Source of the DNA: Cenococcum geophilum
Taxonomy: Eukaryota
Reading direction: 5' to 3'
Length of the DNA: 64,000 nt
Assembly: GCA_050273025.1 (NCBI GenBank)
Contig: CP158635.1
Coordinates: 3,968,001-4,032,000, forward strand
Below the pieces are notes generated by a model. The model ran no database searches. It was not told the DNA's origin and saw only the letters and a list, made by a program, of their open reading frames with translations. The translations under genes and the position numbers were made by a program. Of the stretch, positions 12,701-25,100 are shown piece by piece. How positions within the stretch are numbered: the first letter of the stretch is position 1; each line of letters starts with the position of its first letter.

Positions 12701-15700
12701 GTAGGTACTATAATAGCTTCGCGCTTAGGGCCTATACGCCAAACTATTAAAATATATCTTTTATACTAAGAACCTTAAGTTCCTAGGCTTTATTATTACC
12801 CTTAGGGGTATTAAGGAATGGCCTAAGCCTAAGTTCTATAGAGATATCTAGGTCTTTCTTAGCTTTGCTAACTTCTATAGGCAATTTATCTAAAACTACT
12901 TGGATACTGCATACCCCCTATATATATATCTTGTATAGGTATATTATAACCCAACGTTAAATAAGGAGAAGAAGTAAAAGCGTAAGTTAAAAGGGCCTAC
13001 TAAATAGTATTAACCTTAGTCCTAGCCTATTAACGCGTAGTAGGCGTTTTATAAGCTACGTGCTATATTTATATAGGCTCCTCTACTTCGCTACTTTAAC
13101 CCTAATCTACTCCTAATAGTAATTACTAACGCTTCTACTTATGCCTATAGCGGTATACTTCTACAGCCTTTAAGGTAAGAAGATTAACTCCACTAGCACC
13201 TAATTGCTTATTATAGTTAGAAGCTTACTAGCCTAAAAGTATGGTATAATATATATAATAAAGAACTACTCGCTATAGTGTAATACTTTAAGACGTGGCG
13301 CTATTACCTTAAATACGCCGCGTATATAACGCGCGTACTCTATAATTATAACAATCTTAGGTACTTTATAACCACTAAAAGCTTATCTACTTACTAGGCC
13401 TAGTACGCTAAGGAACTAGCTAAGTTTAATTTTAAGATTAAATATAAGTTAGGTAAAGTAAATCCTACTAATATACTATCCTAGCGCCTAAATTATACTA
13501 AAAGCTTTAAAGATAGTAGTAAGAGGACAATTCTTAATACTTACTGCCTATATTATAGCAAAAGTTACGGGTTATAGGCCTTATAGGCAGCCCTAGTACT
13601 ATTATACTAAACTAGTGAGTAGTATACGTGTAGTATATAAGCAACTCTTATAAACTTAGTACCAGCAGACTAAAGCGTCCTACTATTCTCTTTAAGACTA
13701 CTTTAACTAACCTAATAACGCTTAACCCTAGGAAAAATCCCTTAGCCTAGGCTATAGTCCCCTATAATAACCTAGTAAGTTACCTACGTATTATATATTA
13801 CTTTACTAGTACCAACTTTACGTAGAGTCTCGTGCTATAGCAAGAGGTAGTAGTAGCTACTTTAGTTAAAACAGCGTTTATAAAACAACCCCCTAAGTTA
13901 CTAGTTAATTTTATTTATAGAGTATAAAAAAGGGACGCCTTTATAAGCTTTATATATAATCAGTTAACCTAAAAACGAGTTCCTACTAGTAATAAGGACT
14001 ATACCCTTAATAATTAAGGACTCTTAAGGCAAAATAATAAGGTCTAAGTGCTAAATTATATACTATTATAATAGAAGATCCTTAAGCGGAATTATAATAA
14101 TCCTATAGGCAGCTACTATAGTTTTAACTGTACCTTTAAGGTAATTACGCGAAAGTATACTTAGAACGGCCTTACCTAGGACCTCTGTAAATACCTAGAT
14201 AATTATAATACCTACTAACGCTCTAAATCGCGCTACTATAAACCCTATAGTGAGCTGCAGCCTTTTTAGGTCCCTACCCGAGCCTAGCGGCATTATTTAC
14301 TTAACTTTATTACGGATTTTCTAGAGTCTAAGACTCCTAATAGCGTAGAGTATAACTTTGTCCTTATCCTTATAGACCGTTTTATAAAGCTAGTACGCTA
14401 CTATTTAGTATATAAGATAATTAATACTACGCAACTCGCAGAACTCTTATTTAGAGTTTTTACGTAAATAGGGCCTTTAAATAATATTATCTCTAATAAG
14501 GGTAGTGTATTTATAAGCAAGTACTAAAGTACTATATACTACTATCTCCGCGTTTAATATAAACTTAGTACTATATTCTACTTATAGATAAATAGTTAGA
14601 CGGAGCGTTAGAACTGGGAGCTTAAGGTATATCTATATATATTTATAAACTAGGAATAGTCTAATTAGGCCTCCCTACTTAATGAAATAGCCTTTACCTA
14701 TAACTTTAAGGTCTATGCTATAATAAAGCGTTCCCCTATTAAGCTTGCCTATGGCTAGCTACTAAACGTCCTAGATAGAGTCCTAAATAGCGTTTAAGAC
14801 GCCTAGTAAGGTAGGGAAAAGTCTAAGTTAACAAATATCTAACTTATAGAGACGTATCTATAACGCCTGCGCCTTATATATAAGGTAGCGGCGGCGTTAA
14901 TAATATACGCCTAAAAGCTTTAGGTAAAATACTATAATCGTCACCACCTAGCTAAGTACTTCGCCGTCGGTAAATAAGTCCTACTTTCCTCTAAAAAAAT
15001 CTGTATAAAACGTCCCTATAAAAAGCTTAACTATAAGTTTATAGGACCGTTTTAAATCCTAAAGTGTATAGGGCAGTAAGTATATAAGCTAGAGCTTTTA
15101 CCTATTATAGCACGGCTCTACCTTAACCCCTAGTAGTAAAAGAGCTTAAGGAAGGCAGCTAGGAAGTAGAAGTAATTATTACCTACTAGGATTATGCTAG
15201 ATAACTATAGTACCTTATTAAATAGCTAGGATAGCTAAATAAGTATAATAAATAGAAATATAAGATAGAACTTAAAAATTATTAATAACTACTAGATAAG
15301 TACTATAAGTAAGACACCCTAGCCTTGTAGCTAAAGCGTAGGCAAAAAGTAAGCGCCGCTACTAAAATATAACTTGTACTAAAGTGGAGTAGAGGACGTC
15401 TTAAGGGATTAAAGAATAAATAACGCTCGCGGTAAGAACTACGGCATATATACGGGGTAAAGCGTAATTTATTATTATTTTATATAAGCTACGCTCTAAT
15501 ATAACCTAGCTACGCTAGTAACTTATAGGCGACTTATAGGTAAAGCTATAGTATATACTAGCAATAAAGCTTAATTTAAAAAGCACCCTTCCTAAGCCTA
15601 GTCCGTTACTTTATATTAGCTTAGCAAACTATTTATATATTAAAGAATAGGCCTATTTATAACTAGGGTCCATTTAACTAAGGTTTATAACCTGCTAGTA

Positions 15701-15960
15701 ACCTACTAGTAGTAACCTATACTAATAACTTATATACTATTCTATGTATATACTACGCAAATAACGTATAAGGCTAAAGCATAGGTTAGCGGCGGGTTTA
15801 ATAGGTATATAGCCTTACCGTCCTAATCTGGCTATATATAAGTAACTTATAACCTACCCACGAAGTATTTATAGCGCTACGCCGGTATAACGTAAGGCTA
15901 AAGTAGGGTTAGTGGTGAATTTAATAGGTATATAGCCTTACTATTTATAAATCTGGCTAT
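9739..15960 (+). mobile_element. Ty3/Gypsy chromovirus B (5' LTR, gag, PR, RT, RH, IN, chromodomain; 3' LTR not in place)
   Basis: Putative LTR ~9739-9978; KNRYPLPL ~12381; YLDDILIY ~12642; TDAS ~13125; QTERQN ~14597; chromodomain WEVE...YLVKWLGW ~15160-15250. Confidence 0.85.
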
Positions 15961-18900
15961 ATAATAATAATAATTTATTGCTTAACGTCCGATTTAGATC
16001 CCTATTAGGCCCACGCGGACTACTCCTTATATATATATGGGGAGAAAACTCTACTTAAGAAAACCCTATAATCTATCTCCCCGCCTTTTAGGACTCGCCT
16101 ATAGGGCGCCTATAAGGCGCCTGCGAGTTACCTATAGTGCTCTTACTACCTTACTTTTTAATCTCCTTAGGAACCACTACTGCCGTAATAAGCCTATAGA
16201 CGCGCTAGTATTATAAACTTTACTCTACTATTATAGAGTTATTAGGGGGCGCCCGTTGCTCGCCCCCCCCACCCTCTATTACTATTTCCTTTACAACCCG
16301 GATCTAATTTAGTATATTTTAGCTAATAAGCTACTAGGTAACCGCCTTAAGGCCTTTTTATATTAAGAGTAGTGTCTTATAGTTCTCTATACCAGCTACT
16401 AAGAGTATTACTTCTTAGTTAGTGCGTAAGGGGCATAATAGTATTACGTGTTTTGGTGTCTATCTTAGCTAGCTATATTTATATCTTGGGCTACCTACTA
16501 GGATACCTACCCAGTAGAGCCAGTTTTTTAGTCCTATTATTCCTGTTCTTAAGAGTGTTGCTATTATATTTTCTGCCTTTATTAGGCCTTCTTAGAGCCC
16601 TAAAGTATTTACCCCCTATAGCGTTAACTATACTATAGCTTAGGTTCCTCTTACCTTAGTTAGCCTTTATACCTTTAACTCCTATACGCCTCTTTAGCGT
16701 TAGTCCAGCTAGTATTATATTACTATAGATGGTTTCCTAGCGTTCTTTTATACTCTGCTTTAGCTCCTTTCTCTCTCTTACTATTATCCTTGCTAGCCTC
16801 TTATACGTCTCCCTTTCTCCTCTATATAGGCCTAGGCCCTAAAGTAGCACTATTTTTCTTTTACTTTCTTTACCTATTTCTTTAATATATCTTCCCTACT
16901 ATAGGGTTGTTAGTTTATTCTCCTACAAGGCGCCCTAGGGTCCCTCTATAGTTTATTTAGGCGTGTCTTAATGTACTTTATAATATTAAAATTATATTCC
17001 TTTTATACCCTTTATATTGCAGCGGCTTTAATATATAGTTATAGGGGGGGAATATTAGCTTCCTTCTTAAGTAGTGCTATAGCCGTTCGCTTGTATCCGC
17101 CTGTTATACTTTAAAGGTAGGCTATTTAGACCTTTTAGAGTGGTTTAAGGAGCGATTTAGGGGGGCCTTTCTTAAATTCTCCAATGGCCTAAATACTGGA
17201 CCTATATATTATAGTTGGCCGGATAACTACTATATATAGTAGGCGTGACCTCTAAAAGCATGGACCCTATATAAAATTAACAATCCTAAATAATGCGCTG
17301 TACTGTGCTTAGCCCTTACGGGCCGCTTACGCCATATATACGCTCTACTAGAGCTTACTGTTTACCCATACTCCTAATACTCTTAGGCCCTAAACTGGTT
17401 AACCCCTAAAGCCTTAAATATAAATTATATGCTAGAGATCTATAGATTAGTTGCGTTTTCTTATAAAATAGATTAGCTGGTATTTCTCTAGTAAGAATTA
17501 AACTCTATATCGCCTTACCTATTTTATATAGGTATTATAAGCTTTCTCTAGTGTTCTGCAATTCTTTACAGCTATTAGCCCGTATATAATTAGGTTTATA
17601 TTATTAATAAAGCCTATCCCCTAGGTCGCCCCTTCTTTAAAGAAGTTAAGTAGGTTGCTTATAAAGAAAAGGAAGAGTATAGGCGAAAGGGGTAATTCTT
17701 ATAGTATTTCTGTTATAACTGTAATAGGGGGGGGCTTTAGTATCCGCTAAAGACTAGTAATATTTCTTTTTAACCTATAAACCCTTAAATAAATTATATA
17801 ATCTATTCTAGGAAGCCTTTTACCCTAAGGATGTATAGGAGACGCTTATGGGGTATATTATTATAGGCGCCACTAATATCTAGGCTAAGCATTAATACTA
17901 TAAAGTCCCTTCGCATCGCCTATGTAGATTTAATGGTAGCAGCGAGTAGCGTAAGTACTAATAGTGTTAAGCGGTTCTTTCTTGCCCCTATTTAGCTTTA
18001 TAGTAGTAGGGCGTGTTCCTTAGCTATATTTACTATATGGTCCGCTATTACCCTTTTTAAGATCTTGCTAAGGGTATTCTCTAAGGCAATAGGGCGGTAG
18101 CTCCCTGGAAATAAGTAGTCTGCTTTACCTTCTTTACGTAGGATAAACATTATTATAGCTCTTCTAAGTCTTAGGTAGTAGCCTATTATAAAGTATGCTT
18201 TAGCTATATCCGTAAGCTAAGGTGCTACTAGTAGTTCGCAGGTCTTTAGGGCTTTATTTAGAATCCTATCTGGTCCTAGTGCTATATTATTTAAAAGGCG
18301 GCTAATAGTTCTGGCTATTTCTTTGGTTATTATATTGCTATTAACCCTTAAGCAAGTCACCGGTACTTCGCCCGTAATATTACTAAGGTTTACTAAAACT
18401 AATTAAGGGAAAAATCTTTCTGTAAGGATCTTTACCTTCTTATTATTATTGCTTATAGCCAGTAATTTACCTAGTCTTCGCAGGGGCGGAAGGTGTGGGT
18501 CTTCTACTAGACGTCCCGCCTTTCTTTTTACCTATTTTGCTATCCTCTAAAGACCTTTATTATAGGGGAGGCTCAGGTTAGTAGTATGCTTATTTATAAA
18601 CCATCTCTAGCTATTCCTTACTTCTTTTTTTAGGGTATTCTTTAGCTAGTTTCTTATGTCTTTATATTATCTCTTATTTTTAGGATTATAGCTACTTATA
18701 TATTTTCTTCTTGCTTATTATTAGCTGGTAATAAGAACTACGTATTATGCGGATTATACGTATTGCGTATAGGGGCCCAGTTTTAAGACCGGGTAGTGCT
18801 TTTTTAGCCTATTTTTAATTACTGCCTAAATCCTTTCTAGTCTTCAGTTAATTTCCTTAGGGGTAGCCAATAAGCCTCGCTTATTTAGTATTAGGTGGAT

Positions 18901-21140
18901 TTCTTCTAGGTCTTAAAGTTATTATTTAACTATATTAAGGAAGCTATCTATCTTAAGCTTTCTTATTATATATCTTTTGCTATTTAGTTATACTTTAATA
19001 TTTAGATCTAGCTATATCTAAATAGGGATATAGTCTAAAGCGAGTACCTATTCTTCTTTAGGGTTATACCTTTTAAGTCTCTAGTATAGGCCTTCGTCTA
19101 TAAATATAAGGTTAATTATACTTCTAGCGGTGCCTTATTGCCATATAATTACTCCTAGGGGGGTGGCTAGCTTAAGGCCCTAGGTATAAGGGGATTTTGT
19201 AGATAGGGGGCTATAAGGACACGATTAGAACAAAATAGATTAGTAAGAAAGACGAATCCTTAAGGAGGTAAGGCCTCTAGGATCGTGGAGACTATATACT
19301 ATAGGCACGTACCTTTGGCATGTAACCGGCGACTATTTAAAGGGCGTTTAGGGGTTATCCTAAGGGCAACCCAAGGTGTCCGTAATAATATCCCTTATAT
19401 TACCCCCCCCCCTTCTTACAGTTAGCCCCTAATCGCTATTACCTTACGGTAGGGAGATTATAAGGGCTTATCCTAGAAGAGGTTCGGAGAGATATTAGAG
19501 AGGTATTAGCATACCGCTATATATTATCTATTTATCTAACCCCTACTTTAAACTCCTAAAAAACCTTAATAAGGAAAAAATATAACTAGAGAAAAGATAT
19601 AAAGATTACTAGGAAACCTATTAGAAGCCTACTAAAAGTATACCGGTAACTACCTAGGTTAATATAGGGATTTTTATATAACTCTGCTTCTAAGCCTTTA
19701 TACCGGTCTATAATTAATTATAAGTATTATAGGTAATTTAATATTCTAGTATAGTTCCGTAGAACCTTTAGTATAGGATTTAACATACAGAGCCTTAGCT
19801 TGCTGTTGTCTTTAACTGCTAAAATATGGTCTATAATCTTTTCTTATAATCCTTTTCTTATAATCCCCTGCGTCACTAATATATTACTCCTACATTTACC
19901 CTTAGGCTATTAGATATAGTTAAGGTATCAATTAATTAGTTAAAGAGACTTATCTCTTAAGATTTGGTATATATAGTTTTAAATCTAGTAGTCCTATGCC
20001 GTATATTTGGCGTAGCTCTACTACCTAATAAATAGGGACATTTCGCGATAGCAATTATAGCTATTATACAATTATTAAGAACGTTTATAATATTATTCTT
20101 TAATACTATAGTATCGTTTTAGGTCTAATTTAACCTATATATATCTTTAATTTAACGTCTTAATTACCTTCCCCCGGCCGCGTAGTTAGTTTTTATAAGG
20201 AAGTAATAGTTAAATAACTTATACGCGTGTTTCCTTCCTTTTAAATAGCGCTATTATAATAAAGTTATATTAGTAAGGTTGCGGCTATTTACTAGAAAGG
20301 TATTAGACGGTAAAGTATAAAGATACTTTACTTATTAAGCTTAATCCTTTTCCTTAACACCTTACTTCCTATTATTAACCTTCGTTTAATTTGGACGTAT
20401 CTTTAATATATTATTAAGATTTTCTTCTTTTTCATTATTAATTTAATATACCTCTTTGTTCTCCTACTAACTACTCTTTTAAGTAAATTCTATAGCGTAT
20501 CCTAGCCTTACCTTTATATATAGAACCCTAACCCCTTCTAACCCGTAACTAGTACTAGTCCTACCTAAATAATTTTACCTATACGTCTTTAAAAGACTAA
20601 AAATCTAATAATAGGATTCTAGAGGCTTATAATAAAACGCACTGCGTTAGATCTAATACCTTTAGTCCTTATAATTAATATATGCGTACTAAGAGCGGCA
20701 GTTACATTAAGGTAAGCTTTTTTATCCTTAATAGATTTCTATTACTAACTTTAAGCTTTAATAGCCTAGGCCTAAGTGGCGACAATCCTTTAATATCCTT
20801 AACTACTATATTACCTAGGCTTTATCTCATTCTAGCGCTAATACTAAACGTCTTAGTTAAATTTAAGACTATACTATAGCCATCTATACTACCTATAATT
20901 TCTAGTAAGCTAGCTAGTAACGCCTAATGTAAGAGTAAGGTTAGTATACTAAGGATAGGGTAAGGGATAGGGGTAATAAAAAGAAGGTCGCTGTCTACTA
21001 TAGAAAGGAGTTTGCGTATATATGTTAAGTTTTAAAAGAGTATAACATAATATAGTATTAGGTAGGTTACCCTTCGGGTACCTAGCGGGTAGGTAACTAA
21101 CAGTTACCGTAGCAAGGTCTTAGTGGTTCTGGATTATACT
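15961..21140 (-). mobile_element. Tad1-like LINE (ORF1 with Cys knuckles; ORF2 EN-RT-Cys domain), RIP-degraded
   Basis: GIPQGSPLSPILFLF at 17660-17710, F(I/V)DD ~17600, YRPIAL ~18085-18100, endonuclease end TIDL...SDHIP 19020-19130; 3' end AATAAA followed by (TTA)n at 15961-15980; 5' boundary approximate. Confidence 0.85.
19185..19399 (-). repeat. 215-bp 3' LTR with adjacent PPT, sitting inside the LINE endonuclease region
   Basis: Ends TATAAGGG...CCCTTATA (=TGTAAGGG...CCCTTACA); purine tract AAGAAG(G)n immediately upstream on the minus strand (19402-19417). Confidence 0.8.
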
Positions 21141-22178
21141 AGCCAGCTAATATCTCTGTTTATTTTGGGCTTAAGTATATCTTTATTAACTATAAGCTTA
21201 CGCCGTAAGAGCTTTATTAGTATTGGTTTGGACCTAATATTAATATTAAGCGTTTAAGAGTCTCTGCTCTAGCTACACCTTATTATCCTACCCCTATTTT
21301 TATACCTACTTATATACCTACTAAGGGATCTAGATCCTATTCTTATTAGCCATTACTTAGTAGCCCAATAGATACTAATCCTGCTCCTAATAATAATAAG
21401 GCGTAGTAGCTTTTTAGATTGGGCATTTGTGGTTTAGACTTTTAGGATTCGTTCTTATATATAATAGCAATTAAGGACCTTAATTAGGTGCTTAAAAAGG
21501 CCTTAAAAGCCCTAAAAACAGTATTCCTAGTATAAATCAATTAATAGGTATACAATTCTAGCAAAATGCCCTATTAATTCTATGCTATATAAGTAAAAAG
21601 GCTAAGGAATAGTCCTGCCTTAGGCTATAGCCCTAATCCTTATGGTTTCTAGAGCTTGTCTATTCCCTATCCAATTTAACCTATTTACTCTTTTCGCGAG
21701 CTTTCTTTATAGGTCGTAATAACACTATAGTATTAGAGCGCTTTCTGCGACTTATAGATTGTGGACCTTAGTCCTAATATTCTTTTAAAATATCTTCGCA
21801 ATAATTAAGGTAATCCTCTAGTTCCTATATAAAGTTCTTAGCAGGCTAGCCTAGCTATTTAACTTTAAATTAAAGCTTGTTCTTAATAGACTTATAATAT
21901 AGTATAGCTTTAACCTCGTACCGCTTGCCCACTACCTTAGGGTATTTAATTAGGCCTAGATAAAAGTTCTTTTTTGGCGGTAGTTTATACTATAGCTCTA
22001 GTAGGTTTACGTAAAACATTAAATATATATAGGCTATAGATAGGGGTAGCTAAAGACCATAGGCTAGCTTACTAATTCGTTCCTTAACTTAGAAGGGACC
22101 TAGGTATTTTATATTAAGCTTCTTTAATAGTTAACATGTCTTAATATTTATTAAACGTAATAAAACCTTATCGCCTAC
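21140..22178 (-). mobile_element. 3' fragment of Gypsy chromovirus C (integrase C-terminus, chromodomain, 3' region); target of G1
   Basis: VGDKVLL, VFHVNLLEP, YEVEAIL...VKWLGW...TWEPE read on the minus strand after RIP reversal. Confidence 0.8.
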
Positions 22179-25100
22179 TATTACGGACGCTTTAAGTACA
22201 ATGTTACGACTACTTAGAGAAGAGTTAAAAGAAGCTAGTTGGTTAATCTAGGCACGGTCTAGGATGGAGCCGGTAGAGCTATGTGACGAGAAATAGTAAC
22301 CAAGGTCACATAATGTAATCTATATAATCTATAGGATCTGCGTAATCTGTAATAGAGTAGATAGAGTATACGTATATTATGTATAAGAAGGATTTTATAG
22401 GAGTACGGTTGTGTATTTAAGGACCCTTAGTCCCTACCTAGATAGTTCCTTCCTTATAGTGATTCTCAGAATATAATTAGAGTTAATCTATTAGGCAACT
22501 ACTCTACCAGTTATTATTACGTTATTAACTTTAATTTACTTTACCTATACACCTATCCCAATAACAAGCCTATTATAGTACTTGCTACAAGGTTCCGTTA
22601 TATAATTACTACCTAGTTATAGTAATAAATATAAAAAGTTAAATAATATGCCACTAAAAGCAGCCACTACGACGCTATTAATGGCGGCAACTACTTTAAG
22701 GTTAGAAGGAGACACTAGTATAGCGGATACTAACTTATAGCAACCTATAACGGTCGGATAGTTATAAGAGATAATTAACCAGTTAATAACGAACAACTTA
22801 GTATTAGAAGAAAGGGTTAATAGAATAGGAGCGGTAAAAATTAAGCTACTATTAATCGAAAGGTACTTAGGCGAAAGATTAAAGCTTAAAGGATTTCTTA
22901 TATAAATACACTTTAAGGTTACGTAAGAAGGAGTAAAGCTGCTAATATTTATAGATCGAATAGCCTACGCAGGACTATTCCTGTTAGGAAGAGTACTTAA
23001 GTAGTTTAAGCCTTACCTTATAGAGATATAGGTAAATGGAATAACGACCACTAATTAAGAAGTTAGGTTTATATTCTTAAGCTAGGAAGGATTCGCGGAA
23101 CAACTTATATAGATATTTAAAAACCTAGAACAAACAACTATAGTAAAAAGAAAACTTTAGAATATTATATAACGGACCTTAACAATTAAGTATATAACGC
23201 AGTTCTAAACGCTAGCTACGTAAGTTAAGTAGAATAATAAGGCGCTTATAGTATAGTATAAATAAGGACTTAAGGCTAAAGTCCAGAACATAATTATCCT
23301 AATGGAAGATGCGGATACCCTAAGGGAGTTAATAGATTAAGCGATTAAGATTAATAATTGGATATACTAAAGGGAATAGGCTAAGAGAGGTTAGGATAGA
23401 GTTTTATAGTTATATAAGGCGTAGAGTACGTAATAACTAAAGCTAAGTTAGAAAATATGGTATAGCGCAAAGCTAATAGACCTAAGTGGTACTAAAGAAG
23501 CCTATAAGAGCTAGAGTAAGAAACTATAAAAACCTAGAGGTTAAGGATCTAGTAATTATAGGACTAAGGAGTAGAGGTTAAACCAGGGATTTTAGTAGTA
23601 AAAGATATTTAGGCGGACTCTATAGCAAAGTTAGTAGTTTAGAGAAGGAGCTTATATAAATTATAGGAAATAAAGTTACTTTATAAGGGATTATAAAGAT
23701 GGTTAGAGTTACTATATAATAAAAGGAACGAGATTAGTAAACAATATATATATATAAAGAGATAATAATATACTATAAGGAATAAAAGAATATTTAATTA
23801 AAAGTTTTGTATTTTATTATAATAACGTATACCGAATTTATAAGGACGCTAAGTATAGCGTAAGCTATTAGCTATAAGAGCTATATTTAGCGGAATATAA
23901 AGGAACTAATAAACCAGTTCGCAGATTAGATATTAAAGACAATAAATTTAATAAAGGTAAAATATTTTATAACAATAAGGCAATAAGAGTAGCTTACTAG
24001 GAGCGTGCGGACCTCTAAGATATTATACTAAAGGTAGAGGATAATTCTACTATAGAGTAGGGAATATTAGTAGGGATTAAGACCCTACTAGATACGATAT
24101 CTATCGCTTCGCGAGACGTAAGAGAAGTAGAATAGTAAGCTACTTTAGCACTTAAAAAAGGCAAAAGGCCAAAGGCTTAAGATTCTTAAGATAAGATAAG
24201 AGACGACTAAGATTCTTAAAATAAGATAAGGTATACCTAAGGACCTATAACGGATAGAAACTAATAGAGCAGGGTAGTAGCTTAGTTTAAAGATATATAA
24301 ATGAGCTCGGGACAGAGTTTCCCACAGGCATAAGATTTTTAAGACAAGATAAGTAAGATTTAAGACTTTTAAGATAAGATAAGAATACCTAAGCCTAGTT
24401 AGACTAAGGTAGGAGTAAAGCTTAAGATAGAAGCAAGCTTAGGATTAAGAATCCTATAGAACTAAGACTTTAAGACACGAATAAGGACTATTAATAAGAT
24501 TAGAGAATCTATAGTATAAACAGTAACTAGACTAGGAGATAGGTATATAGACCTAGAAGACTTACTAGGGGAATAAAGAGTTTGGCTTAAAGATTAAAAA
24601 GTTAATACCAAGATTAAGAAGTAAGAAGGCTTTAAGGATCTACTTATAAGACGCGAAAAGAAAGAAACTATGGAGGAATTTAGAGCGAGAATTACCTTAT
24701 AGCAAGAGCAAAAACTAGATAAGAGATTTAGTATACTAGGACGTATAAAGGATAGAGTATCTATACAAAGAATCATTAATAGGCCTAGAATAGGCATATT
24801 AAGAGCTAAGTGGCTTACTAAACTAGAATAAGAAGAGGATTTAGGGATTCTAACTAGGTTCAAGGAACGATATACTAAGGGCTATTACAATATAGTAATA
24901 AGAAGATACTTCCTTACGAATAAGCCGTATATACTCTAACAGCTGTACTAAAAGTAGTATAGGTAAAGGCATAATAATAAGTAGGAAGATTTCTATATAT
25001 AGCTGAACGAAAAGGTTATCTAAGACTACCCGATTATAGAAAAGGCTATAAATTATATTAAAGGAGCCTTAATTATAACGTTAAAAGATCTAAAGGAGTG

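Noticed and set aside
15400..15960. Possible Cys-rich antisense ORFs in the 3' regions of elements B and C (21140-21750)
   Set aside because: Single heavily RIPped copies; no motif could be reconstructed with support. A ~125-bp duplication is visible at 15760-15960
16453..16638. 61-aa hydrophobic ORF (also 20682-20879 and 24594-24863)
   Set aside because: Antisense to LINE or gag coding sequence; composition is explained by RIP
17041..17070. G-run followed by TATTAG as PPT plus 3' LTR of element B
   Set aside because: No match to the 9739-9978 LTR; it reads as LINE ORF2 (EKEANIPPL) on the minus strand
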